Shown: positions 29,401 to 42,925 of the stretch, piece after piece
Numbering within the stretch: position 1 is the stretch's first letter
Layout of the letters: each line of letters opens with the position of its first letter
Assembly: GCA_973851085.1 (NCBI GenBank)
Contig: OZ316775.1
Location: forward strand, 5,456,001-5,520,000
Direction of reading: 5' to 3'
DNA: 64,000 nucleotides
Source: Ptychomitrium polyphyllum
Lineage: Eukaryota
Position numbers and translations under genes: made by a program
Notes under the pieces: generated by a model
The model's database searches: none
Told to the model about the DNA's origin: nothing
The model's input: the letters and a program-made list of their open reading frames with translations, nothing else

Positions 29401-32400
29401 AGGTGCCAGTTGCTTTTGAAGCTCTGCTTCAAGTTACGACGTGCATACTAAGTCATCCAAGGGGAAATGAAATGGAGCACTATCCTTACAATTTATATCT
29501 AGTCCAAGAACCGTGATATGAAATCGAAATCAGGTCATCTTCCTATTATACGTGCATGTGAAATATGCAAAGAGTGATGTACTAACTACATGGGTATAGT
29601 AAACCAAGAACATAATGGACTTGAATTCACAATACATGTAACGTCTTTCAAGGATGGAGAAATTGAATCACAAGTTTAGCTTACGCGACAGTACGTCAGT
29701 CCGGTTGAAATACGAGGAGCACGCTCATCCTAAACTCGAAGGAGCTTTTGAAGTTGAGTTTCACTTTGTTAAATGATCTGAGGGACTTCGCAGCGGAGTG
29801 CAAGGGAAATCAGCAGTCGAAGTGCTTGCGTTGCCACTTCCCAGACAGACGAAGCATGCAGCCGTGATGAACCCGCAGCAAACCAGAAGACATAAAGATG
29901 AGAGCGACGACAGAGCCGGGAGTGGAAGCTCTGGATGCAACGAGAGATCAGATCGAGTTCTAGACCGATTTGACTAATGACATGATCAAGGTTGCTCATA
30001 CTGAGTTATGTAATTGGCTTGATGTGGCACCTGTGGTGATTCGCATGACTGGGTAATCTATGCCGGTTCTTCATTAGACGCAGATCACAAAACTCATGTC
30101 ATGGTGTAGCTAACCAGGATTAATTGTAGAATGACCACCAAATCTGCTCTACATCGTGGCCATGGCGAAGTAGAGGCGTTTTAATGGAGTTGGCTGTATC
30201 CACTTTTCCATTGATACCTGCGTGATACTTACGAGACATTACTTGATGCCCGCGTGCTACTAAGAAACCTGAGCCTGTGTCCGTAGAGTCAAACAACAAA
30301 ATTGAGTTCAATATCGAAATTGGTACTATAAATGAGTGACAGAATTTTTATTTTGTTTTCCCTGTTTCACACTTGGGACCCTATATAAAACCAGAATCTT
30401 GAAATTTCACTCAAATGTTCAGAAGTTGATTCTTCAGTTACAATTAGAAATTTTCTTAAGTATAATCTTTTGTGCTCACCAGCTATGTTTTGACTCAAAG
30501 TGGTCGCTCAAAACATTTGAGGTTAAGTTCCAAGTATAGGTGGACAGATACGTCACTTCTGATTAATTTCAATTATGCCATGTGGTTATTTCACCTCAAA
30601 AGAAGTGTTCTTGCAGATGGTTATATTTTAACTCAGAGGATTCAAAGCTTTGAAAAATCTGGTTGTGATTATTTCAATAACTAGGCAAAACTGTTTGTTG
30701 AGCCAGCTGTTAGCCTAAGCAGTATTGGGGTTCTTTTTGATGTAGACCTTTGAGCCTCACAGTTAATATGGACCATGGCAATAACTCTTTCCTGTGACAC
30801 TGCATTCTGGGACGTACTAATTGGTGCATGATTGACACCAGGAAGAAAGTGGCAAAATTATCTGAAACCTTATTGCTGGAACGCGTCAGAAAAAAACTGG
30901 ACCAATATATTCCCTGCATATACGCATATTTGGCATATTTTTCGGAAGTTTGATAAGAAAAAAGAATAAAATTGTGGCACAGAAAACTCACAGCTGCATT
31001 GGTTGTAGTTGGGCATTAACTGCATAACCGGAGTGCACTGACATCAGTCTTCGAAAGGTTTTTTGTGCAATAGAATGACCACCCACGGGACACCTTGTGG
31101 GACCTCTGCTGATCATGCTGTATGTAAGAATGCAGGATTGAAATGAATAAAGTCCGAAGAGCAGACAGCTTCTGGAGAGTGAATCAGCATACTGCCATGA
31201 AGGTAAGGGTATTGTACACCTACCTCTCTCACGTGTGTCAGTTTCTATATTGACTAAATTGTCATTCCTTCAAGGCTAGCGAGAAGCACAAGAGAAGCTG
31301 CTGGGCATGTAAGATGTCGTTGAGGTCTACTCACAATATAAATTAATCAAAATTGGAAGTGAATCATGACAGGTGGTCTGGTGACTGATCCTGATTCTTA
31401 GTCCTAACTTCTAATTTAGCTAAGTTAGCATGACATCGAGGTGACGTTTTCCTGAATAATTATTTTGGAAGTTTTTTGAAGTTCGAATGTAAGGATACCA
31501 TAGCAGCCGAAAGCAGCACCAAGAAACTATTGAAACAGTTAAAACTATTTCAATATTAGAAAAAGAAGAGTAAAAAACGAAAAAGAACATAGAAGAATCT
31601 TGCACTGACAGCTCAAGCAAACAATTGCATACGTACAAATTTAGTTCAGGTTTGAAGTTTGGAAGAACTTATCATTACATGGAGGTTTGACAAATTGCAG
31701 CGTATACAAGTGAAATATCATATTCTCCTTCATTGACTCCAACCGTTTTTTGCAATCTGCCCTTTCAAATCATTCAGAGAATTAATAACATAAATAGCGC
31801 TTTCCAAGAAATAAGATAATCAATAATGTTCTAGGATGGTCCATAGAGCCAGTAGTATGTGACCCAATATTAAATTCTTGGCAAAATGAATGAAACACAA
31901 AGGGGAAACACAGGGCCTTTCCTCTGTGAGGACTAGCAGACTTGTGGAGCTTCAGTAATCACGATTTCATTTTTGCTTTTCTTAATGAATGGAAGTTTAT
32001 TCCAGTAACTTGGTCACTTCTACATGTACCAGAGTATTGCTATAACTCTTGAAGCAATTTGGATTTCTCTTAAACATTGTCCAGTTAAGTTGATCCAATA
32101 CCTTCTAATCCAAAGGCCTGAGCAGTGATGATCAATACCACCCTGCATAAATTACAACCTTGCAACCTGCTGAGACTAGGAACCGTGCTGGTCTTCCTGA
32201 ATTCAGAGTTACAGGGTCATTAAAAGGATGCAGTACTATTGGCTTCAACATTCTGACAACGAGCTTCAATACTCTTCAATGTAAAATGGTTGCACTCTAC
32301 CTCAAGTACAGTCTGGAAACTGTCAACCTTACATTTCTCTGATATTTTGGCTGCCTCATTTCAACAGTGCTGAGTCAGCCCCGCGAAGACCATGAAGATA

Positions 32401-33759
32401 CTGTCATCACTTTTACTGTGATACGTAGGTTATAAGCTCTTACAAGTTATGCACTGCTGATTTAGTGGAACTTGTAAATTGCTGCTACTGACAAAGAACA
32501 TCATGGAAAAATTTAGGTGAGGTTGCTGAGTCTTGGTCCAGAGTGTTTTTTCATTTATGACATTCTATATAATTTCGTTAGAACACACCTTGTGTTGGCC
32601 TAATTGTAAGCTTGAAATGATTCCTCTTTTGGAGTAAGCTTTACCATGTTAGTTCCTAAATGATTATTACCATGTCCACTTTTGGGTACTAAAATAAGGT
32701 CTAAGGTAGCACAATGTACAAAACATACCTGATGCAAAATCAGGTGCAAAATAATCCTTACCAATTCATTTTAGAATGAAAATACAGCTTGACAGTGCAT
32801 GCATTAAATTTCTTAGCATCCAATGCTTTCACCACAAAAGTGTTGACTCCTACATGTTAAATAATGTTAAGGTGATGCATAGGCTATATTCAATACATCC
32901 AGGTGTATACAAGTAGGTATTGAATTTGGAAAGACCATGGATGTTTGTGATGCTTATGAATCTCTACCCTGACCTCACCTTTTGGAAGTTTCCAGCTTGT
33001 CAAGGCACTCTTACATGTCATAAGAAGAGGATGCCTAGAATGCACAAGTTGGGTATGTATTTCTAAACTTAGCAATAAATTTCAGAACTCAAGAATTGCC
33101 TTTGGCTGTGTGGTACAATTTGGACACAGTTTGCAGTCTGGCTCAAACACAACTTGGAAAATCCTGCTTGATATCTAACATGATACTGTTATGGGTGCTA
33201 GAAGTAGACTTCACATTTTACAGGCCACAGTTCACGTGCCTCCTGTTCCAGCTACAACATTCTTTCAACTGAGACAAACCTACAACAAGGAAAGGTACAG
33301 ATTTTTGAAGAAGAATACTTGCTCCAACCTGATTTTTACAAGAAAGGGTACAACTAGTAGATACCCAACTGCATGTTTGGAAAACACTCACTGCTCCAAG
33401 GTCAGTTCTCTAATCACGAAAGAGACAACAATATCTGAACAGATTGTCTCGTAACTAACACAAAAGATATAGAAGTTTCAGAAAACAAGTAAATTCTGGA
33501 AAAAAATTTGAGGGTTATAACTTCATTAACCTACTTTCCTTGTGACTTCTCTCACATGTTTTTAAACGAATAGAATATTCAAAACGCCATCTAAAGGGGG
33601 AAAAAGTAATAAATAAGAAAAATTATCCAAGAATATTGAGCTGAGTAACACAATACCAAGCATTAAGACTTCCAATACTAAAGTATAATCTATTATAGTA
33701 TATAAATTAGTCTAATACAATTTATGCATTTCCAACAGCACTGCCTGGGTGGCAATTGA

Positions 33760-33831
33760 GGGCATCTGGTCTAGAGGTATGATTCTCGCTTCGGGTGCGA
33801 GAGGTCGGGAGTTCGATTCTCCCGATGCCCC
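33760..33831 (+). tRNA. trnP-CGG: tRNA-Pro (anticodon CGG)
   Basis: Full cloverleaf: acceptor GGGCATC/GATGCCC, D-loop TGGTCTAGAGGTATGA, anticodon stem CTCGC-TTCGGGT-GCGAG, T arm GGGAG-TTCGATT-CTCCC. Confidence 0.96.
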
Positions 33832-35521
33832 ACGATACTTGCTCCAGTGAAAAGTTGTATCGCCAATTGTTCTGGGCGACAGACTTGAAATTTGCTAAGG
33901 TTCTTTTATCAGGTTTAAACCCCGCATTTATTGATAAATCTATACACCTCTCGTTTTTAACATCACCGTACACCCCACTTTGGGGCTTAATCTCACCGTA
34001 ATGATGTTAATCAAGAATTCAGCGTTCCAGGATGAAACAGTTTATACAACCTGCACTAGCCCTTAAATGAGACCTCAAAGTTCCCATGAAGGAGGTGGTG
34101 TCCTGCCATGCAGGTGTTGTATAATGGGCAGCCATTAAGAGCCACTTCAACTACCTTGTCTCTTTCTTGCCGCCCTGCCCACCAGTGAGCTCCTAATTCC
34201 TTCACTTCCTCGGTGTAGCTCGCTCTCCGTCCTCCAACTCTTCATTACTCACCGGCAATACTGGCCATTCCTGTTGGCTGTTGGCTGTTGGCTGTTGCTG
34301 TTGCATCTGCTGTTCAAGGTTCAGGCTCGAAATGTCACTAACTTTGTTTCGCTAGACTCATGTGCACCTGCCCCTCCACCTGCTCTTCATCTTCTCAGTG
34401 TCTGGCCGTTGTCTGGCAAGTAGGCTCATGTGCAGGACCGGGAACTAGAACGGGGCAGTTTGTTGATGCATGAAAGTTCATTGCTTTCTTTCAAGGTGGT
34501 GCGAGTGGAGTTGTGACGTTTCGATAGCTTGGAGTTTGCTGGTCGTTCTTAAGGTGTTTACAAGGTGGACGTTGTGGCTGCATTCTTGTCGAGGTAATAC
34601 CATTTCTGCTGCAGTTTTCCCTGCATGTTTGTGTCAGCATTGATGCAGGTGGTGTTTGTTGTATTCCCGAGCTCTAGTTGGGTTGGGTTGGGTTGGTGGT
34701 GGTGGCGGTGGCGGTGGCGGCCTGAGAGCTCCCTGGCTGCACTTTCGGAAAACCAATCGTGGACTGGTGATCATGTATTAAGATAGCGAAGTCTGATTTT
34801 CTAAGGCCAAGTGATTACTCGCAATACCCTGCTGAATGGGGAGGCTGGTTTCATGAAGAGCTAATATGATACTTACCAGAGATATTAGCTGCACGGTCAC
34901 GATGCTTTCTAGATTATTTATAACCGAGTATTAAGGGATGTTCGAGACACCTTTTGGAGACACTTAAGTGGCAAACCATGATCTTAGAAGGCTCTCTTGT
35001 AATCCGGGTTGAGTGTTTCATTTCGAGGCGTTCTTTTGAGGTTTGGCCCTTTTATATGGAAGGCAAACTCTGTTCCTTAATATTTGATTTTCCACGAGTA
35101 TTAATATTTCAGCACATAGTTTTGTATGAGTTGGAAGAGCACCGCTGCAGTTGAGCGTAGACAGGCATGTGAACGCCACATGTGAGAGTGCAGTGTTGAA
35201 AGAAATCCATCAATAAAATTGAGTAGATGTAATTCAATGCCGTGTACGATTATTGCAGAGGACTTAAATGCTACGTCATGTCAGACAATGACTGTACGCC
35301 CTGTTGGTTCAATGCTTTCAGATTACTTAGCTGTTTGCCTTCGCTTTCAAACGCTGGAGAGTTCAGGTCATCTTAACGAGGTCTAGTCCTATTTCCACTT
35401 GTCATATCATTATAGCTTAATCACTGCCCCATGTTTTGATGATTGATTGTACACTGTAGTGATGGTGGAAAGTTAAATTAATGTAGGTTGAGGTGGCTGC
35501 GGAGGTGGAGACTGGGCGGTG

Positions 35522-38500
35522 ATGGCAAATGCAAATGGGACGAGGCAGGGTGCGCTCAATCACAACGGACCGCAGCGGCCAGCGCTGGGAGTTATGCCTG
35601 CCATGAGTCCGTTAAGCGAGACGTTATGGCGAGACAGGACGAACACTGAGAAGGTGGGCGACACTTCTGCAAGGTTGACATGGGTGGATTTGTGGGTTAC
35701 CATCCACATTCATGGATCCAAGCAAGCCATTCTCCAAGGATTGACAGGTACTAAGCAGCACCACTTGGGGAAACAAAACACAACATCTAAACTCTCCATC
35801 TACATCTACCTGCACCCAGTAAGAAAACAATTCTGCAACCATAAATTAGTTGCTGCCAATAATGGCTTGGCATGCCATCGAGTGGCATACTTTGAATTGG
35901 TTTTAAGGGATAGATGGATTTCGGGTGTTGATTCTTCAGGTTATGCGGAGCCGGGGTCGTTGATGGCCATCATGGGTCCATCAGGCTCAGGAAAATCCAC
36001 GCTGCTTGACACTTTAGCAGGTAATGGCTTTACTACAGTTGTGCTGCAGTTTCTCTTTGTAGTAATTTTAGGTGACAGAGCTTGATTGACATTTACATAA
36101 GATCGTTACTGATGAGGTTGACTGTGGTAACTCTAGATTTTATATTCATTGGGATGTGGGATGGGGAGGACAGGAAGACTCGCACAGAACGCGACGCAAA
36201 CAGGACAAGTCCTACTCAATGGTCGCCGGAAAACGACTCTGTCATACGGAACTGCTGTAAGGATATCAACAACAGTACTTCAGTAGCATTGCTGAATCTA
36301 TGCTACATTCTTAGTTGGATTCTGAAATGGACATGCTACGGTGGTGTGATCACCAGGCGTACGTGACACAAACGGACGACCTCATAGGGACTCTCACAGT
36401 GCGGGAGTCGATTTACTACTCTGCCAGTTTGCGTCTTCCCAGCACAGTGTCCCGAGCAGAGAAGAAAGCTATCGTGGACAGCACCATCCAGGAGATGGGC
36501 CTGTACGACTGCCGCAACACGCCTGTGGGAAACTGGCATCTGCGGGGGTTGAGTGGAGGAGAGAAGCGGCGCCTGAGCATCGCTTTGGAAATTCTGACTC
36601 GTCCGCGTCTGCTTTTCCTCGATGAGCCCACTAGTGGATTGGACAGGTTGGAATACGAACCTTGAATATTAGTGCCACTTTAGAATTATGAGGGTGACGT
36701 GATCATGTTTGCATTACGGAATTTTTGTTTACTTTGTAAGATGGGGATGATGTATGTGCAGCGCTGCTGCGTTCTTTGTAATCACAACGTTGCGGAACTT
36801 AGCTCGAGACGGACGCACCATAATTGCCTCGATTCATCAACCAAGCAGTGAGGTTTTCGAGCTCTTTGACTATTTAACACTCCTTTCCGGTGGCAAACTG
36901 ATCTACTTTGGTCAGGCCAGCAGTGCAATTGAGGTATTGAACGCCGCAGCTAATCTGTGACTATGTTCATCGTAGCTAATTTGTCTGGACGTTTTCATCG
37001 AATTCTTCTCAAATTGTGACTGAATTGAGCAAACATGTTGAGCCTGCATGGTTTCTGTGTGTGGGTGGGTGGTATCTTCAGCACTTCACGGCTGCTGGAT
37101 TCCCATGCCCGTCGTTGCGGAATCCTTCGGATCATTTCCTGCGTGCCGTCAATGCAGATTTTGACAAAGTGAAATCCAACCTCAAAGGCTCATTCAAGAT
37201 CAGGGTGAGCTTGCATCTCGGATTCGATTAAACTAAACTTTTGATTGATGTGTCTGCGTTCGTCACGTTGCTGTTTTATAATATTCAGGCGGTTACATTA
37301 CTCTTGGAATATTGCGCATGTACACACGGCAGGAAGATGATCTAATTCTGTTTTATTATGAACTGTTCTTGGACTTATGAGAGCAGGATTTGGAGAGCGT
37401 GGATCTTATAGATAAGATGAGCGCCCACCAGGTGGTAAGGATACTTAGCGATGCCTACCAGAACAGCGCGTACGCTATGGAAACTATGGCGCGAATTCAC
37501 GAAATTCTACAGATGGTATGTTGGCAACTTTTCCTCATGTTTTCCTTATCCATGACGATACCCCGGTCAAACTTTACAGATGTACTCAAGAACTACATAA
37601 CTTAGGTGCTTGTAAACTGGCTAAACATCTTCTCCAGAAATAACCTAGGCGTCGATCGTTTATTTCTTGATTTTGCTTCTGACAAACTCCGTGACTATGG
37701 TGATCCCAGCAAGGGACGGTTCTTGAATCTGGTGGAAGTCAAGCCAGTTTCTTCAAGCAGAGCTTAACACTCACGCGCCGCTCGTTTGTCAACATGAGTC
37801 GAGATATTGGTTACTACTGGCTTCGCCTTGTAATATATATCACTCTTTCACTCTGCCTGGGTTCAATCTACTTCAAACTCGATCACTCCTACAGCGGCAT
37901 TTTGGTATAACCTTCAATCCATGCTTAAAATTTCGAGCACTTTATTCTGGACATTTATGAGAAAAGCTGAATTTTGTTTGTGAAAACATCTTATAGCTTT
38001 TTGATCTGCTGGCGGTTTGTCAGGGAAGAGCAGGATGCATTGCCTATGTGGGTGGTTTTCTGACCTTCATGTCAATTGGAGGCTTTCCATCCTTTGTGGA
38101 GGATATGAAGGTAAAATCACTTATCTTCGTTTCAAGGTTTTGGTTCAATATTTTTTGGTTTTGCGCTTATGGGTGTTTTGTATCTGCTGACTGAAATGGT
38201 TGTGTCCATGATTTTGTGCAGGTTTTTCACCGGGAAAGGCTGAACGGGCACTACGGGGTATTGGCATTTGTTGTGGGAAACACGTTATCATCTATTCCGT
38301 TCCTCTTCCTCATCGCTCTTATTTCGAGCTGCATCGTCTACTACATGGCACGTTTGCACTCAGGCTTCGTTCACTTCGTCTATTTTGTCCTCTCGCTCTT
38401 CGCTCAGGTGGCAATAGTGGAGAGTCTCATGATGGCAGTTGCAAGCTTGGTACCCAACTTCCTCATGGGTATCATCACTGGAGCAGGGATACAGGTGTGT

Positions 38501-39237
38501 ACTAAAAGCCATTTTGCTCAATCATACCCCTAGGCATTCAGCTAACCTATTGGTATGTTGATTCGCTTGGCAATTGCTTCTGTTTGATCAGCATCTCATC
38601 AACTGTTGGCTTGTGGGATCATGGAACAGGGCATTTTCATGCTGGTAGCGGGCTTCTTCAGGCTCGTTGACGATCTCCCGAAGCCAGTATGGCGGTACCC
38701 GCTCTCCTACATTGGATTCGACATGTATGCTCTTCAGGTATAATTCAACATTATCTCACAACTCCAGTACTCTGTTTGACATGCAACTCCTTAACTAGTC
38801 ATCACGATTCGGTGATGTAACGAGTCATTAATGCAGCTGACTGGTGTGCATGGTTTATATGACAGGGAATGTATATTAATGAATTCACGGGGCTTACATT
38901 CGATAACTATGTCTTGGACGGCAAGAAGATTGGCCCAAGAATACCAGGCTGGTACGTGATCAGGGTGATATACGGCATCAAATCGAAGCTTGGGAAGTGG
39001 GAGGATCTTGCGGTGTTGGTAGGTATGATATTCGCGTATCGGATTATCTTCTTCGTGTGCATCAAATTGAGTGAGAATGTGGGCCCCTTTGTGCGTTCCA
39101 AATTCACGCAGTTCCGCACCAACAGGAAGCTCTCTCGCAAGCATTCTGAACTCCAGAATGTTATCCGCCCTGTGGTATCACCCATGGCCACTCCACAACA
39201 TGATGCCGTTCCCCTTCAATACTCTTCCAAACGATAA
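35522..39237 (+). CDS. ABC transporter G family half-size transporter (WBC/ABCG11-like); exons approx. 35522-35747, 35940-36020, 36174-36256, 36357-36646, 36762-36933, 37082-37204, 37387-37515, 37710-37904, 38024-38110, 38222-38494, 38630-38737, 38866-39237
   Basis: Walker [10 protein letters not shown], signature LSGGEKRR, Walker [43 protein letters not shown] and a C-terminal transmembrane domain; GT-AG introns keep the frame. Confidence 0.94.
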
Positions 39238-40985
39238 CTCCTATTATTCAAGACTTTCAACAAGATCCTAGCACACATGAATTGCTTGCCTTGCAGCAGG
39301 AAAGTCATTTACACAAAATTATTACGACTGCTGAGTCTGGAGCTAGTTCATTCCCTGATTCCTTTCTCCGAGTGTGACAATAACTTAGGGTCTGCAGGCG
39401 TCCAGAACCGCCTGTGTGTATGAATTCTTACTCAGTGAACTATTCTCTGCGAAGCCTGAGTGTGGCAATTAATCTGTAAAACAGTTGGGTAATCGTTACC
39501 ATAATGCTTACAAGCTTCACTGTTACTACTGGTGGGGGTTTACGTAATCATCTTAAGTTGGAAAGCATTCATGTGAACACCAAAGTATCTCAGTAAGTTC
39601 TTGCAGAAATGTATCACGTGTTTAGAGTCTATGAAACTTAACGTACGTAATGCTAATATTGAAATTCACTGCTTGTAACCATGGTGATCCTGGATTTTGG
39701 TCATTGAAGAGTTGTTCAGTGTGATTCATCTGTGGAGCAGTTATTGACGTAGTCAACAATATTTTAATCTAGAATAAGTGGCTCAAAGGCGAAATGAAAT
39801 CTGATAAACAATGGCTTTCCTTGGAAGACTCGGCCGTGCATGTATTCAGGTTTAGTTTGATGTAGCTGACAACGAGAGTGCCCTCCCTCAACTTGGAGCA
39901 CATTGAGAGTCACGTGTTCTTTGTCACTTTCTTTTGAAGTGCTCCCTGAGTTTTTGGAAAATTCAGTTCTGTATCAGACAAGAAGCTCGCAATAGTTTCA
40001 CCAAGTTTGTAAGTTCAGACCGACAGGCGTCTGAATCTTCCGTGTAAATCAACTACCGTACACAGTGGATGTCTGCTAACTGCAGGATGATTCAAGTGGT
40101 TCAATTGTGTGAACATTCAAGCCTGGTGCTGACGTGATGAACATGGCCTGGCTAGGATTGAATGCTGGCTTGGGGAATACTCGGATGAGCGATATAAACT
40201 AATCCAAGCGACTTACCTAAGTACTTCTTCCTGTAAATCCCAGTGAGTCATACTGTTTGACTTAAAAGTTTCATTACAGATTGAAACAACTCTGCTGCGA
40301 ACACACTGACAAATTAACTTGATGGAGTACGCCGAGTCTAGAGCTTCCTAGCTGAGGGACTGCAGGTCGCCTTGATGGTTTTGTCCATCTGGTTCTTCTT
40401 CCGTTGTAGATCGATACTGTTTCTTAATGCAGCCCCTTCCTTGTCGAAATACATACTCTTCTCCAAGCACTTACTTCGGTGGCCACGTTGCCCCGCCGCG
40501 TGGCCATTGCTTTGGCCCTGCCTTACCCCGTCCAGATCCGATTTTTACGGATCCAGGTTTCTGCATTTCCTTTTTTCTTAAATATGTTGTAACGATGCTC
40601 GGAAAGTAGTGAAATATAAATTTATAGTTTATAAATTGCCACAATTAATACTTAGGATCCTACATGCGTTCTTTTTATCTTCAGAAAGAAAACAGTGTTA
40701 CCGAATTTGAGAAATAGGAGAGATTCTGTAACATATGAAAAGTATTTTTCCGATCACGAACACTTGCAATTTTTTGTGAACATGTGTTTTTAATAAATTC
40801 TAAAAACCAAACGGTGAACACAGAGGTTGTTGTCTCCTCGTCAAGGAGGGAAAAAAGTTTAAGAGAAAAATCTCTATATACTACCTTGAAAATGCAAAAT
40901 TGGATTTAAACCAGCCGTGACTAAGCTCCTGTATAGAGATCCTCAACAGTCTACTCAATCGGCACGAAGCAATGAAGTAGAGTCT

Positions 40986-41146
40986 CCCAAGTCCCCTCTC
41001 GAGGCTTGCCCAAGTCCCCTCTCGAGGCTTGCCCAAGTCCCCTCTCGAGGCTTGCCCAAGTCCCCTCTCAAGGCTTGCCCAAGTCCCCTCTCGAGGCTTG
41101 CCCAAGTCCCCTCTCGAGGCTTGCTCAAGTCTCCTCTCGAGGCTTG
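40986..41146. repeat. Minisatellite, 7 x 23 bp (CCCAAGTCCCCTCTCGAGGCTTG)
   Basis: Read directly; head-to-tail copies with only 3 substitutions in total. Confidence 0.97.
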
Positions 41147-42376
41147 CGCCAATCAGAGCCCCAAGACCTGAACTAGATGGAGCAATAGCGGCAATGAAGC
41201 CATATGATATGATCTCGGACAGTTTCCCTATTTATATATCTACAATTTTTGAAAATTTTGGGCTCTGAAATAATGGGAAATTTCCATGATTAAGAGATAA
41301 TTTTAAGTCTTCCATGAAATTTTTATAAGTTTTTTTAAGTACCGTATATTATATGAATGTATTATGGATATTTATTGAAAGCTATTGTAGATCCAAATAA
41401 TTTATAATTATTCTGAAATTAATAAAGAACACTTGTATTTTATTGCATATGCATTTATGTTTTCTGTCATGTGAATTTTTTAAGAACTTAATAGAAAAGA
41501 ATATCCATGATTGATCTTCTTTGATTAAAACAATAGATGATATTTCAAAGCACATTGATAATCCCTCATTAATAAACAATACTATTTGTAAACATGAAAA
41601 ATTTGTAAAATATATGAAGATAATATTTAAATTTACAAAGATGACCATATAACTTAAAATCTTAAAGTTATAATTAGTTTTAAAAAAAAACATGATATAT
41701 TTGAGAAACCTAAAAAAATTGTATTTATGGTATTGTATTATTAAATATGTTTTTAAAAAATTTCTCACAAATTGCCAAAAGTTTCCACGTGGTTTTTTGT
41801 TGCATATGAACAAAGCACGTTTATTACATAGAATTGTATTGTTAGTGAATGTTATTTTTTGAAGCACTTCATATTTAGAGCTTTAAAATTTTTATAGCAT
41901 ATTGATGTGGTATCCATAAAGTAAATTCTAAAATGTATTGAATCTTTTTTAAATTGCAAATGAAACAGTTTGTGATTTGCTAATATTAACCATATTAAGT
42001 TGTTCAAAGTATGCTATATGATTGTACTTACTTTAAAAGATCTCAAAGGAATTAATTGGCTTCCAAAAAATTGATCTTGACTTCATCTATTCTTTTAGTC
42101 AAATTATTAGTTCTAAATAAAATTAGACCATTCAACTTGTATGGATTAAGGATAAATCTTGAATTTGAATTAATTTATATCAATAACTATCTTGCATTAA
42201 ACTATATGTATAAGTCATGTTTATAAATTTCTTAGTTTTTAATTAATAAATGTTAAAATTTCCAAATATAAGAATCATTAAAGAAATATTGTTATTTACT
42301 ACAATTATATATATGAATTGTATAATAAATTACTACACCCAAAACTTAGCACAAACATAATATACTTAGTACACAT

Positions 42377-42925
42377 TGTTAGGGACGCAAGAAACAAGAA
42401 GCAGATTCGAAGTGTTTCCCAAGAATTAGCTTCCAAAGAGCTAATGATTAACAAGAACTTGATACAAAGACTATAACAAAGCAGGATTCAAGATGATCCA
42501 CAACTTGTGTGGGCAAGACTAAGGAATACCTTGTCTTGCCTCCTATTTATATTATGATGTTTGTGTCTCTTATGATACTTTTAAAGAAGCTTCTTACAAA
42601 GCTTAAGAATATTCTGGAAGTCTAGGGAACCTTCCTAAGAAGTTTCTTAAGATGTTAGAACCTTCTTAGGAAGCTTCCAAGGAGTTGGAACCTTCTTTGG
42701 AAGTTTCATAAGGTAGCAAAACCTTCCTAGGAAGCTCCTAAGATGATAGAACCTTCCTAGGAAGTTTCTAAAGATGATGGAACTTTCCTAGGAAGCTTCC
42801 TAAGAATATAGAAAGACTATGAAAACATCTAAAAGTATTCTAAAAAACTACTATAGTATACTATAAGGTTCTAGAAGATTCTAGAATGTTCTAAGGATTA
42901 TGTTGCATGATCTATGTCCATGACA
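42377..42925 (-). repeat. 3' LTR (549 bp)
   Basis: TG...CA termini; adjoins the PPT. Confidence 0.92.

Noticed and set aside
32205..32430. Minus-strand translation SIFMVFAGLTQHC*NEAAKISEKCK...TVLEV faintly like a TIR domain core
   Set aside because: Too few conserved residues and no supporting flanking motifs; not supportable without a profile search
40986..41146. CRISPR-like array of short palindromic repeats
   Set aside because: The repeats are contiguous with no spacers, there are no cas genes, and the context is eukaryotic. The ORFs across it are repeat artefacts.
41382..41867. 161-codon minus-strand ORF
   Set aside because: Very AT-rich, F/I/K/N-biased translation with no motif; likely chance in decayed repeat DNA
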